Source: Phallusia mammillata (lineage: Eukaryota). From it: DNA of 64,000 bases. Within the stretch, counting starts at the first letter, position 1. Each line of letters begins with the position of its first letter. The translations under genes and the position numbers were made by a program. The notes under the pieces were generated by a model. It was not told the DNA's origin. It ran no database searches and saw nothing but the letters and a program-made list of their open reading frames with translations. The stretch is from the NCBI GenBank assembly GCA_965637545.1, contig OZ281495.1:23250001-23314000 (forward strand), read 5' to 3'. This document shows, piece after piece, positions 1 through 12,300 of the stretch.

Positions 1-187
1 AAAATACAGCGCACAATATAGCGGTATCTAATAAAAGTCACATTGGATCCAAATTACGTCATCCCTTACTCTATCGGCACAAAATGTTTTAGGACACATC
101 AAAACACGATAAACCAACGCGAATTGAGTATTTTTTAGCTTGATTTTTTTACATATAATTTAAAAACAAATATATTTTTTAACTTAC

Positions 188-431
188 CAGAAGTGGGGTA
201 AATTCCTGGTGTCGAGGTCACGTACGGGTAGAGGTATGAGTAGCAAGCCGCCAAGCCCGAAGTGGGATAGTTGGCTGCGGCTGCCGCGGCGGCGGCACTC
301 AGGGAAGCCCGCATGTAGGGAGCCATCGACGACGATGTCGGTATTTGGGGAAGCGGAGCTGGGTCCGCGTGGGGTCTGGACTGCTCCAGCTTTCCACCCA
401 AGATATTATCGATGCTGAATTGAAGGGACAT
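188..431 (-). CDS. First coding exon of an eh1-motif developmental transcription factor, most like goosecoid (homeobox exons would lie left of the window)
   Basis: ATG at 431 follows an in-frame stop at 483-485. Encodes MSLQFSIDNILGG... with the eh1 Groucho-binding motif FSIDNIL (Gsc starts MFSIDNIL), then a poly-Ala and Pro/Ser/Tyr-rich region. Strong phase-1 donor CTG|GTAAGT at 187. The DNA-binding domain is not in the window, so the Gsc call is inference. Confidence 0.65.
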
Positions 432-844
432 GATGTCTTCTTTCTTGGTCTTGTAAAATCTTGCACGAAAAATTCTTTGAGATCAGATTACAGTGTACGA
501 GTTAAGCCTTTTCGGGGGCTACTGAAACTGGCGAGTGTTGTTGGACAATAAGAGATCTTTCGAATTACTAGCTTCACAGCTTGATGCACCTTGAAACTGA
601 CTTAACAGGTATCTGCTGAACAGATGTCACCCTGACGTCTTTTGCAAACGATTCTCGACTTCGGCAGATGCGGAAAAATAACTGGCTTCTTTCGTAGTAG
701 TAGTTGCTGTTGTACGATGATTTCAAACGATCCGATTTCCAGTGAACCAGCCACTGAATATGCGGATATCTATAATAATTTTATAATACAACAAGAGTCC
801 TGCTCCGTGGTAAAAAGAAAACGCTCGTCGCTGTAACGTGTTAC

Positions 845-1000
845 CTCGTGGTCATCTCTCGTCTGTGTGATAGCTGGCCTGGCCTCGCGCGCTGATTTAT
901 TCGGTGGGTGCGCCGCGCGCATTCAGGCGTGACGTGCGCGACGAGGCGAAGAGAGAGCGCACATTTCTCTCGGATGATGTAATGCGCTGGTGGTGCAAGA
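845..1000 (-). promoter_or_regulatory. Putative CpG-rich proximal promoter of the eh1 transcription factor gene
   Basis: Locally GC/CpG-rich (cgcgcgc, gcgccgcgcgc, tgacgt), with a TATA-like AATAAAT on the minus strand near 895-901, ~450 nt upstream of the ATG. The TSS is not demonstrable from sequence. Confidence 0.3.
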
Positions 1001-4000
1001 AAAATTGGAGGTTGTTTCCGAGATGTTGACAAACTGATTGTTGGGAACGGCATGGCGGTATGGACACTTTCGCTACGTTGGCATATTTAACAACTGCCGC
1101 TTGGTAAATCGGACAAAATACAATAGTCGTGTGAGTCAAGTTCCATAACAAACTAGGAATGTTTTGACGTTTGGTTAACGCACCCAGAAGCGAACGAGAA
1201 TTTGACGACTTGTTTACTGAAGGACCAAAATCGAATTACGTAATGTACAAACCACACATTGTAACCTAAAGCTTTGCGATGTACTGGTTTACATTGTCAA
1301 TTAAAATATATTTTGTTCAAACTGGAACATAGTTTCAAATAAATGTAGCGTTTCTAATTGTTTGTAAATGACAAAAATTTAAAACTGTTAGTTTTCTTTT
1401 TTTCTAAAATGACGTTTACCTGAGCGTTCAAGGCCTTGACAGACCAAATTAGAAGTTGCGCTTCTTGATTTCAATGTGATTCACAGAAACTGTCGCGTTT
1501 CGAGCTCTGACGCATTCAAGGTTTAATGCATCTCGCTGGTTTTTGATGAAATTTGACGCTTCTTTGCACCCCAAAGTCGACACGTACACTTGCAAGCGAC
1601 GCTTTTCCATATTAGGTGCGCTACGCGACAGAATCGACAATGGTGTCTTTTCTCCTGTGGTTTAGCAGACCGCGCTTTATCCTCAAGCTGGGGTTTAAGT
1701 CACAACCTGGGTCCAAAAATAATGACTGTAATTTTAGTTGTGTGATTCACACTCAATATAACATGTGAAAATATTTTTGAATTCAACAGCTAATGATAAG
1801 TTAAATTGTGGAGGATTTTTAGTTCTGACAAAGTATGTCCACTTTTAGCCGTAGTTAATGGTATGTTGATTATATTTCACTTATCTTACTATCCTGTAGG
1901 CTTTATAATAGAAAGAGATAACATAAACTATATTTACCCTTGTTCAGATGTAAATCAGTTATAGTTATACGTTTCAACTTCGGCACTTATGTTTTTCAGG
2001 TTTGGCCAAAATTGTGTATCGAAATCAATTATAAACGCAAGCGTTTAAAAATTTATGCGAACTTACGAACAATTGTATGTCGGGTAACGTCGGTACCTAA
2101 AAAATCCAGAAGCCGTAATCCGTAAAGCGATCAATTTTGACGAGTCAGCAATAATCTCTCAATGCGTCACTGGATCAGAGTTTAGGAGAATCGGCACCTG
2201 TTTGTGTAAACAATTGGAGTTCCGTATTCAAGTATTAATGAGTAAGTGCCAATATGTAGATGTGTTGATAGTCTGTAGTAATAGGAAAATCTCCACCAAG
2301 TGGTCCGTGAGTCGGGCGTTAGTCAACACACCTTCAAAGCTTGGCTTGGCCCGCTTCAGCCGATAAACTTCAATCACAACGGTACTTCGCCTTTGATGCT
2401 TGTTTATACGCTTATCTAAAGACGAAAGGTGCACGGTTTGCCGATGGATTTTAAGATACAGTCGCCGCAAAGCGTTCTCCTGTCCGATCCTTATGCGAGA
2501 TTGGTGAGATGGCGTCGTCGGAGTAAAGCACCAAACTTGGGTTAAATGATGTGCGACTTGAGCGTAAAATCTGACTTTAACCCTTTGGTGGCGTGAAGGC
2601 CTGATCCGATAAGAAACCAGGAGATTTAGATCCATCGAAACATAAAACTTTCTCACATGAAACTGCAAGGCGGTTTGTCTATTTTTAAGTATGGTCGTGC
2701 CCTCTACATATGCATGTTTGTTGTTTTAATATTCCGCATGTAATCGCATAGTTCAGGTCGAATTAAAACCGAATTTTCATTTTCTCGAAACGTTCAGTAA
2801 ACAGATGGGTCGGATTATTGTGATCGAGCACAGGGTTTTGTGAAGATATGGGGCAGGTCTTACGCAAATCTGCACGAGATCACAAAAAGGTCACAACAGA
2901 TCATCTTTGCTTCAAAGCAGTGTATTTTGCGTATCAGATTGCGACATGGAATGTATTCTGCCTAGGCTCCCGGGTCCACTTGTCTTTCATTTTATTTTAT
3001 CTGATTATCTTCTGCTGCCTTGCGCTGTTTGTCTTGCTCGCGTCGCCTCCGGGGGCAAGCAGGGGACAAACGAGGATCTAATGCCGTTTTCCATTTTTAA
3101 AATCGTGTTTCAGTTCTCGCGTCAATACTTAAACAAATGTAAGGCCGACAAACGAAATTTACACCTAAAAACAGTACATAAAAATATATCCTTGCCTTTA
3201 GTTTGAGTGGCAATGCGAAAATTGTTCCAAATAGAGTCGAAATGATATTTGCATTTCTTTTACCGTACGGATTCTATTGTGCAGTTTAAAAACGGGCTGA
3301 AAATTCGAGTTCTAAGTTGAGGGCATAACCCTAATGAAACCAACATTTAGATTCGTACTCGGAAGTGCCCAGGATTCGAAACACTGAAAAAAGTTTTGTG
3401 AAACACTGCTTTACATGAGATAATTATTCAAAATCCTGTTTTAAGTCAATACCATTTCCATGACCTGTGTCAAGTCAAGTTATTTACCAGCAGTGATTCA
3501 AGTCCGGTCGAGATTATCAGCATGACTTGCATATGTACCCTTGCCAAAACGTATGTTGCAAAGTGCTTTGAACCCGAAATATAAAATGCTAATCAAGTTT
3601 TGGCTTGTTTTAAGCAAAAGGTCAATTTCGACATTACACGCTTATTGGCGGACTCCTACACGTTGAAATGTCGATAATAATCTATTTAGCCACGGTATGG
3701 AGCTTGTTTGTCAATAACCTACAGTGTCGCAAACAGCGATTTCGGCCTTGTAAGAAGAAATTTACCCCAGTTCAGAGCGTCAACCCAGGATATGTACACA
3801 ACAACGATGTGTGACGCAGCCCGCATACCTTTGTCGGATCAAGGCTATTCTGTTGCCCTTAGACTGGGCGAATTAATTGTCACGCCACTGTGATTCGCTG
3901 CAGCTTTTCAGTTAAAAACGCTACACTGTGTGAATGAGGTGCAGGGCGAAATCCAAGCCCCAGGGTGGTGGAAAGACGAACGCTTTGAATCGGGGGTCGT

Positions 4001-6313
4001 CGCGGGTACTTGACGCGGCGTGTCGTTTTAGGCTAAACTGGAAACCGCGTGGCGCAGATTAGATTCTGTACTGCGGCTGGGGACTCGAGTACTCCGAATT
4101 CCAACGTAGTTTGCCTCGTTTCCTGTTTAAGGAAGCGCCTTTGTGACGCCATGGGCCGCTTGGGGAAGAATGAAGAGATTAAAAAAAATTAGCATGAGCT
4201 AACCGCGAAATGTGGTGTACAGTAAGCGATAAAGCTAAAGGCAATAGAGTTCGCAGCACCTGATTTCAACCGTCGTCAGCACTTGGGAAAGATAAAACCA
4301 AGTAGCCGGCCTTTTCACAAAGGTTGGTACTGCTCAATCCGCAGGGGGTCGACTTGGATTGATAGGCTGTGGTCAGGTTATCATCGTGTTACTGACGGAC
4401 TATAAGGCTTAATCTCGTTTGCCTTGACTTATGCAAATCGTCACGCCACACACCGCAGGGAAAAGTCTTTCAGTAATCCCGTTGAGATGTGGCTTTCCCA
4501 TGAGAACGCTAGTGAATCACGGCATACAAGGCGAATTGCCTGAAATCCATCTATCGCCAGATAAAATCATTTGTAGGAAGCTCCTTTGTCCTGTTTTTGA
4601 ACCCATCGATATTTCAACGCGATAGTAATGAAGTAGACTAGGCCTACGTATGGTCCTTATCCAAATCGGCCTTTTACACTGCAGGTTGTATTATCGCATT
4701 GGGCATTACAGGTGTCTGTTTTTATCCTATTTTTCAATTTCTCGCATAAGATACTATTGTCTGCAATACACTCGCAAGAGATTTTGTTTATCCAAATCTG
4801 AAACACTTCTTGTGCCAAACTTGGATTTTTGTTCTCAAATTAGACGCTGATGGTTCGTAACGGAAAGAATTTTCCCAAATTGAAAACACATCAAGGCATA
4901 ACTTAACTCGTAACTTGTGATTGGAGTTTTGCCAAGGCAGCAATGAAAAGCTTGAACGGTCGCAATTTAATCCCGCAAAATACCGGAACTGAAAGCGGAT
5001 TATCGCCGATGAAAAGGAAAACACCCGATCGTGATTTGCACGGCAGTCAAGAGGTTAATACCGGTGCGTATTTGCTGATGGTAGAGTGGATTACACGTTT
5101 CAAAGAGCAACTTGCTAATCTTCTCTGAGCATCTGGTGCAAGCCGCGATGCATGGGCGGATTTAACCGAAAGCGATTTCGCCAAATGAACGACTGATCGC
5201 GGCAAAATGAAAGGCACCGCAGATACACGGCTTATCGCATCTTGGTACATTATCCGTCGCTCAACGCGTTAACCCGCAAATGTTGACTAGGCGGCGGACG
5301 GATTGATCAGCAAAAGTGGCAAATCGGCAAAATGCTCGTACATAGGTCGTAGATGTAAGAATTTAGCAAAACATGGTCTGGTTTGGTGTTCCCCCAGGAT
5401 ATCAATATATTAAAGTTGCGGTAAGAATCGCACGATACATGTATCTTCCGCCAGTAGTGCTTAAGTTGGAATGATTAAGTGGTGTTTTTTGTCACTTTTC
5501 CGATTTTTTTTAAACTTACAATAATCGCAATGAAGGAAAACATATGATTCAAAGATTACCAGAAACCAAAAACATGTAAAATCGTGGTTACAATTGACCT
5601 TTGGGGTTAAGAACAAAAACTTAAACACAAAAACAAGCAACACTATCTTGCGCTGAGTGCAAAAGCCGAGAGTCGCGTGACAAGGCTCGTTAACGCATCG
5701 ATTAGCAAATGTTTAAAAGCTAATACGCGTGCTCGCAAATCGGTAACGTCATGTCTTTGCTTCTCGGGTGTTAAAAACAGTTAAAGATGAGCTGATGAGT
5801 TGCGTTCTTCGGTTCCATTTCAGCGTGTTGTGAAAATACTAGAAAACGCCATATTCGGGCGCCTTCGCTTTCCCGCGGGCTGTAATGAGGTTGACCCAAC
5901 GCTAAGGAATTACAAGCGCAGGCTCCAGTCTCGGACGTACTGGGTCTGGAGGTCCCCAAAATAGTTTGGTTTCAGTTACTTCGGTCGGTGATGGGAGGAT
6001 ATTTGTTGTCCACAAGGATTAAACAACTGTCTGACTGGAAGGAATATTTCTTTTAACCCTTGTGTGTATTGAAAGAAACGAATATAATTCAATAATAAAC
6101 ACCCACCCAAATTTGGTTGAGATTATGAATGATTTTTGTGTTAGTCGGTTCACATGAAGGTTTGGTAGGTCGTTTCCCATAACGCAGTGTCGCCTCCGCG
6201 CCTTTTTATGAATGGCGAATGCGAGTATAATGGGAAAATCTGGCTTTTAATGTACAAGATATGATCAAGTGCAGTCGCACAAACAACTTAGAACATAGCA
6301 GTACAAAATAACG

Positions 6314-9300
6314 TTATTCTTGGGATTGGTAGGAAAAAGCTGACAACTTGGATCTTGCGTCCATTTCGGAGTCTTTGATTTTTTTCAGTTTCGGTTTTTC
6401 TAATCCTTCCGTTTCGTTAGTTGGTGGAGCGTTTTCACTGTTGTCGTACTCTTCCTCTTCGCTAACGTGTTTCCGTTTCTGGGCGACAGGAACATCAGGA
6501 GGCTGCGTGGCTTTTGCACGATCGTTCCATACCTAACCAACAAATTGAATTTAATGAAACTTACTGTATGCAAAAAAATGTATTTTCGGATGACTGGAAG
6601 GGATATATATATATATATTACTCACAAGCAACTTGGAGAAGTACCCAAACATGCACATGTATTAATATGATTAATTAGTGCAGTGGTTGTTAAACGGTGG
6701 CAAGTTTTATTCGAACATCCAAGGTTAGCAATCTGATCGTTTAGTCACAAAGTGAAGTATCTTTAATCAATCAAAGAAATTAGTGTTAATGTACGGCACA
6801 AAACATCATTATGAAAACAACAGAGGAGGGAATTCGAACTTGCTGATGGCTTTAATGAGAAACGACACCAAAAAGGTTAGAACCACTGAAATTGAGGGAT
6901 CAGACCTAAACCGTTTATAAAAATCAACACAATGGCAAACTCATATATTAAACATAACACCACGGGTTTGGGAATAAACGGTTAGAAAAATAAGCCTGGA
7001 GTACCGTAACAAAAAAAAACTAAACGACTTCTCCTTTTGCCCTAACGACATTCTTCTGTTCGCTCATTTTTAGGAAATTTAATAAGGAACATACTGTTCG
7101 TCGTTATAAGTGACAATTCGTGTTTAACCGCGACAATAAAACCCACACGTATGTGTCACCGAGTAAAACTTGTACATTGTCGAGGTCGGAATTCCATTCC
7201 AAGTAAGGGGTCGACAGTAGCGTGCCAGGCAATTCACTGCCACAAGACGAGACAGGGTGTAATGACTAATGGACCAAACTTATACCTCACACATCACCGA
7301 TAAAAGATTGGTTATCACCGGAGCTTTGTCACTATTAATACCGATAAACATTACAGCAAGCGAATTTGGTTTCCGATTGGGGCACACGCCGTGAATTTTC
7401 AGGCTGCTTAAACGGCATGTTTGAAAATATTGGATTTAAAGCTGTTGTTTGAGTTGAGAAATTTCCAGTAAAACACATCAGACGTTTCGGCATCTTTCAA
7501 ATTTGCATTGACCGCAGTACACTGAACAAAGGCTCGCGTGATCCATCCCCAGACGGCGCGTGATCTTGGCATTAGCGGGGGCTGTCGGCGTCCACCGTTC
7601 CCACGCTAATATATTTGTTCAAGTCGCTGAGCTGAAAAGCAGATAGCGAGAGCAAATAGTAATGCTGTGTTCCTCCAAAGCCGCGAGTCAGATGAACGAG
7701 CGCCCCGCAGTAAACACGTTGATCAACAGTTTGGCTGCTGTGTGGTGAATATAATGGGGAATTTGTGTATCGCAAAGCAATAATCCCGCGCAAACTAAGG
7801 CATGTCTGCTATCTGGCGACATCTACACTAGCCATTCCAGTCAGAACTGCGCAAATGAGTGGTTGTGAAGCCTTTTCTGTATTTAATTTTGCTTATCGGG
7901 GTTCCAAAATTTGTAGGTTGTTTACAGTCCAAATTGGCGTATGCTTTTGGCCCCAAAAACTGTTACGTCTTCACACAAATACCAATGTAATTGGACTGTA
8001 TAAGTGATATTATACAAACCACGATACAACAACCTTTCCCAAGCAACTGCTACATCAAAATACACGATAAAACCTATTAAATATATCCGTCGTTACAAAT
8101 ATCTTCATTTCCGCCATTTTTAACGCTGAAACCAAATGTTTTTGACAAAAGGACAGAATATGGTGTATCCTGATTTTCCGAAGACAGATTTTGCTGTCGT
8201 GCAAAACTGCTTTGTTGACCCTTACAAGGCAGGAAGCATCCACGTTGTGAACAAGTGATGTGGTTACAAGTATGTGTATGGGTGCCAAAATCGGAGGTAA
8301 AAACGCCAGGCATGCCGTTAAAAGTAAGGTCGTACTCTCACACACAGTTTTGGTGATAGGGCAGCCACTTATTACCGACTTAAAAGCAAAAAAACGTAGG
8401 AGATTAGCGAAATTGCAGCCCGCGATCTCTTAATATCAGCTAGCGCGGGCACAGTCCAGCGGAGCGGCTAATTGCTAGTGTGGAAATGTCGACCTGGTTA
8501 AACATATATAGTAACGACGAGCTTAACCGTTCACATCCGACGGTGTTCCAAGCCTGGGAATCGGTTCGAGCCTTCGGGTGATGGACGTGCAAAGGCAGGA
8601 ATCATCAGCACGTCTAACGCCATATTACACGGATTACCGCGGAAAATTACTAGCTGCGTGAGTCCCAGCCTTTCGTTTCATTTCAGGCGCTTCAGTAGAA
8701 CGTATGTGGGAACACAGGCGGCATCAAAGGGAAGCGACCACAGGTATGCTATCGCACGGAGTAATACCCTTATAGCGATTAGAGCTGCTCCCATTAGCAT
8801 GCGAGATGTGAAAATCATGTAACACCTAATAGGGTAAAAAGGTCGGTATATGCCTTCCACGGCAAAGAGACATTCCAAACTATTTATATCGGAGTCGTGC
8901 CGATCGTCGGACCACCACGAAAAGTGATCTTAAACTTGTTTGTTATCATCGCACCCTGATTAACTTAAACTTAGACTAACCAGGAAATAACAGCGCGAGT
9001 CATCGAAATTAACGTGAAGATAGGGTCTAAAAACGTGATTGAAGTTAGTGACTGCTGACTGGTTGTAACCTAACCGCACCTAAGTGACAGAGATTAAAAC
9101 TTGGCTTGAGACAGTTTGCGCCACAACAGGACAAACAAGACTGATGTAACAATTAAAATATTTAAGCACTGACATGTATTGAAGTATGGGCCGGGGTGTA
9201 ACCCTTATCTAAACAAGCCAAGTCTATCTCTTGCGCCAGCCAGGATAATTTAGGTTATTACGTCACAGCACTAATAAATACTACTTGTTATCGTGTACAG

Positions 9301-12300
9301 TTCACCGCACTGAAGAGATTTGCCGACTATCCTACTGTAAGTGCATTACAGCACAAGTTATATGTGTAGTGGCAGTTGAACTTTTAGCAACCATTGGGTT
9401 GTTATTAGCCGTTCATCGTAGGTGACGATGCGTTTCAATATCAGCTAGTCGCGATGTAGCTTTCGTCACGGGGCAAAAACAAATAAACCGATCCGGGCAC
9501 TTGGAAACGTCAATAACACGAACCTGCGTCACTACGACTGGTGCGCTGCCCTCGCGTTTAAAAGAACAAGATCTTCTCTCTCAGCTAATCCAATTACAAG
9601 CTTAGTGGTGAGACATCAGTGTAGGACCAGAAGCAAAGATTCGGCAGCCTTCCTCACGTCAATCATATAAGCACAGCGTGTAATTTAATGAGAAGTTTCA
9701 AGACCGATTTGAGCCGCTTCGTAATGCCTGCTTTTATAAATTCGCTTTGGTGGTAAAGGTTGTGAAATCGTACCGTAAGAATTTTGGTCATGCTTGACGA
9801 TAATTACAGAGTGGAAAGGCGATTCGTCGAATTTAATCGTTCAAAACGTTTGACCGATCATTTCGAATAAAACTGTCGGCACTTGCGGGCGCGCCTATAA
9901 TCGCCTAAGAAATTTTGTCCAGCAATTAGCGCTATTTTGCGGCCCATAAAAGGGAGTCTAATGGGATTTAAGCAAATCCGAATTGCGTTGTCTTCATCTG
10001 ACGGCCGAAGATAATGGATTTGCGGTTTAAGGCGACAAATGGCCCTTTGCATTTACGCACAAGTCATATATGACAAAAGGCCAATTTTCACCAGTGTTTG
10101 CACCGACAGAAGATCATGTATTTAATAAACCAAAAAAAAGATGTGTTGCCAACTGCATTTGTTTGCTTTTTGCCCATATTTTGCTCTGATTACCAATGAT
10201 CCTGTTTTTCATTGATATGTTTCGTTTTGTTGCATCATGACACGACAAAGGGCAATTTTCAGTTTTCCAACTGTCGCCCAATTGTCGTCAAAAGTTAATA
10301 AAAAGGCCATTTAAAGTTCATATATAACTTGTATAGCTGCCTACGCCATATTTTTTTACAATTTTTACAAAAAAAACGCAATTGACAAACAATTGACATT
10401 AGTAATATGTAATAGCATGGCAGGCACTATCTGCAGTTAAAAAAAGTTAAAGCTTACGGTTCTGTCTTCTGGTGTGAGGTCACGAAAAGCCTGAATTGCA
10501 ATCTTCCTCGCATCCACTCCATCAACATCCGGGTTCTCCTGCTGGATGAGAGCAAGGTTTTCCTCTATGTAAAGCTGAACTCCACTATTTTTCCTGCAGC
10601 AGAAATATAGCCAGTCTTTGCATTAAAAAAATGGATAGAGCGACAAATGCATTGGTTTAAAATCTTTACTGCAGCGAGAAATAAAGGGTAAATAAAGGCA
10701 TAATGACCGATGGCACCTACCTTTGGCCGTTGAGTTTCTCTTTTAATGTCGGGATGTCACATTCTTCATTGTCATCCTTCTTACAACGTTGAACTTGTTT
10801 CTTCGGTTTGGGTGTCGAGGTGAGATTGAGTTTAGTGGAAAACAAAGTCGACTGACCAGACTGTCAAAACACATCAAAATTACCTCAATGCCTTTTTGTC
10901 AAATAATGTCAATGATTTTCTTGAATATTTGATGATCCTTGCAAGTCGCAACTAAAATGGTTAGAGTAGTGTCATAACAGAAACAGTTCAAGTCACTGTT
11001 TTCCAGACGAAAGATTGAACTGTGACACATTTTGTTGCGAAGACTCGAACAAGCAAGCCATACTCAGGTGAATAAGTTGTGTAAATAAATTGCCGTGACT
11101 TGTGACTTGTGACTCGGAAGTAAAATCTTGTCCAACACTACAAAAATCGAAAGAAAGGTACACTTAGAATTGGTAGCGACTGTTTGAGCAGTGCTGATAG
11201 GCAAGGAAGGTAATTGGACATCATATCTGTAAATGTGATCCTAATGTTTTTTACTAACTTACTTTTGGCGTTTTGGCCGAATCTTTTCCTTTAGATTTGC
11301 GCGATCCGGAATCAGATATCACAGGACCACGGCGTTGTTGGGTTGGTGTTGTTCTCTTAATGTTGTCCAGCACACTGCCGCTAGTTGGCGCTGAAGACGG
11401 GGTTGTTTGTGACTTAATTGCTGGTGATGAAGCGGCATAAGTCGATTTCTTAATGACAAAGACGAGGATTAAAATACCAACTAGTTTAGAAACAAAGGGT
11501 AAAATCCCGATCATGTACTGATTTTTCTAAATGTTAAGTTTTAGAAAATGCACAGCGCTTATATAAATGTGAATTGGTCGCGTTTCTTCGAAAACTTTCC
11601 GGAAAAATGAGGTTTTCAAAATAGCGCTAAGAGCCGGGAGTACTACCTTGAGCTGAGTTGCATGGGAAAGCCAAAGCCACAATAACTGATGTTGACAACA
11701 GTTACTAGTTAACGAGCTAACAACGTACCACAAACTCCAAAAATATTGGCGCCAGTTAGAAAACAAAAACCGCTGAGTAACGATGCACAAACAGAGCAAA
11801 CTTTAAAAATTTTAAATATGGGTTGCCTACGTGCAAATACGAAGTAAGGCATGCAGCCAAAACCATGTGGGATTTCCTTCCGAGGCATTGAACTTTGTTA
11901 ATTTGTGCCGCTTGCCAAAACCATATCCTGTCCTATCCAAAATTCAGGCTACCGTAAGCCACAACGTAAATCCGGAACATTAAGGCAAACAGGGAAATTC
12001 AATACGCGGAAATCGCCTACTGTAAATTTCAAGGCTTTGCTAACTACAACCGGATATACGCAAGATTGCCAATCGACGGGGTTGAGTTGGTTTTAAGCTT
12101 CCGTGCACAAGTTAAACCAAGATTAAGCAGACAAGTTTCAGGACCGGTGAACAAGCAGTTTACTAGAAACATAATTTTCAACGCATATTCGACCTTTAGA
12201 CAGTTCCGGGGATTGTTTGGGGCTGAATTTTCTGTTCAGTAAACAAACCTCTATTTGACAGCACGATTTGAGGTTGCGCAAAAAAGTGCTGAGGGTATGC

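Noticed and set aside
2228-2668. 146-aa minus-strand ORF
   Set aside because: No recognisable motif, no supporting splice context, near-cognate start; most likely chance in GC-richer regulatory DNA.
6827-6895. Minus-strand B-box-like GTTCGAATTCC with a weak A-box (tRNA/SINE head)
   Set aside because: No cloverleaf can be folded and no second copy or tail is seen; at best a decayed SINE. The same applies to ggttcgagcc near 8566.
2116-9591. About ten TAATCC/GGATTA (K50 homeodomain) sites upstream of the Gsc-like gene
   Set aside because: A rough expectation from base composition is about six in this length, so the excess is not convincing without conservation data.
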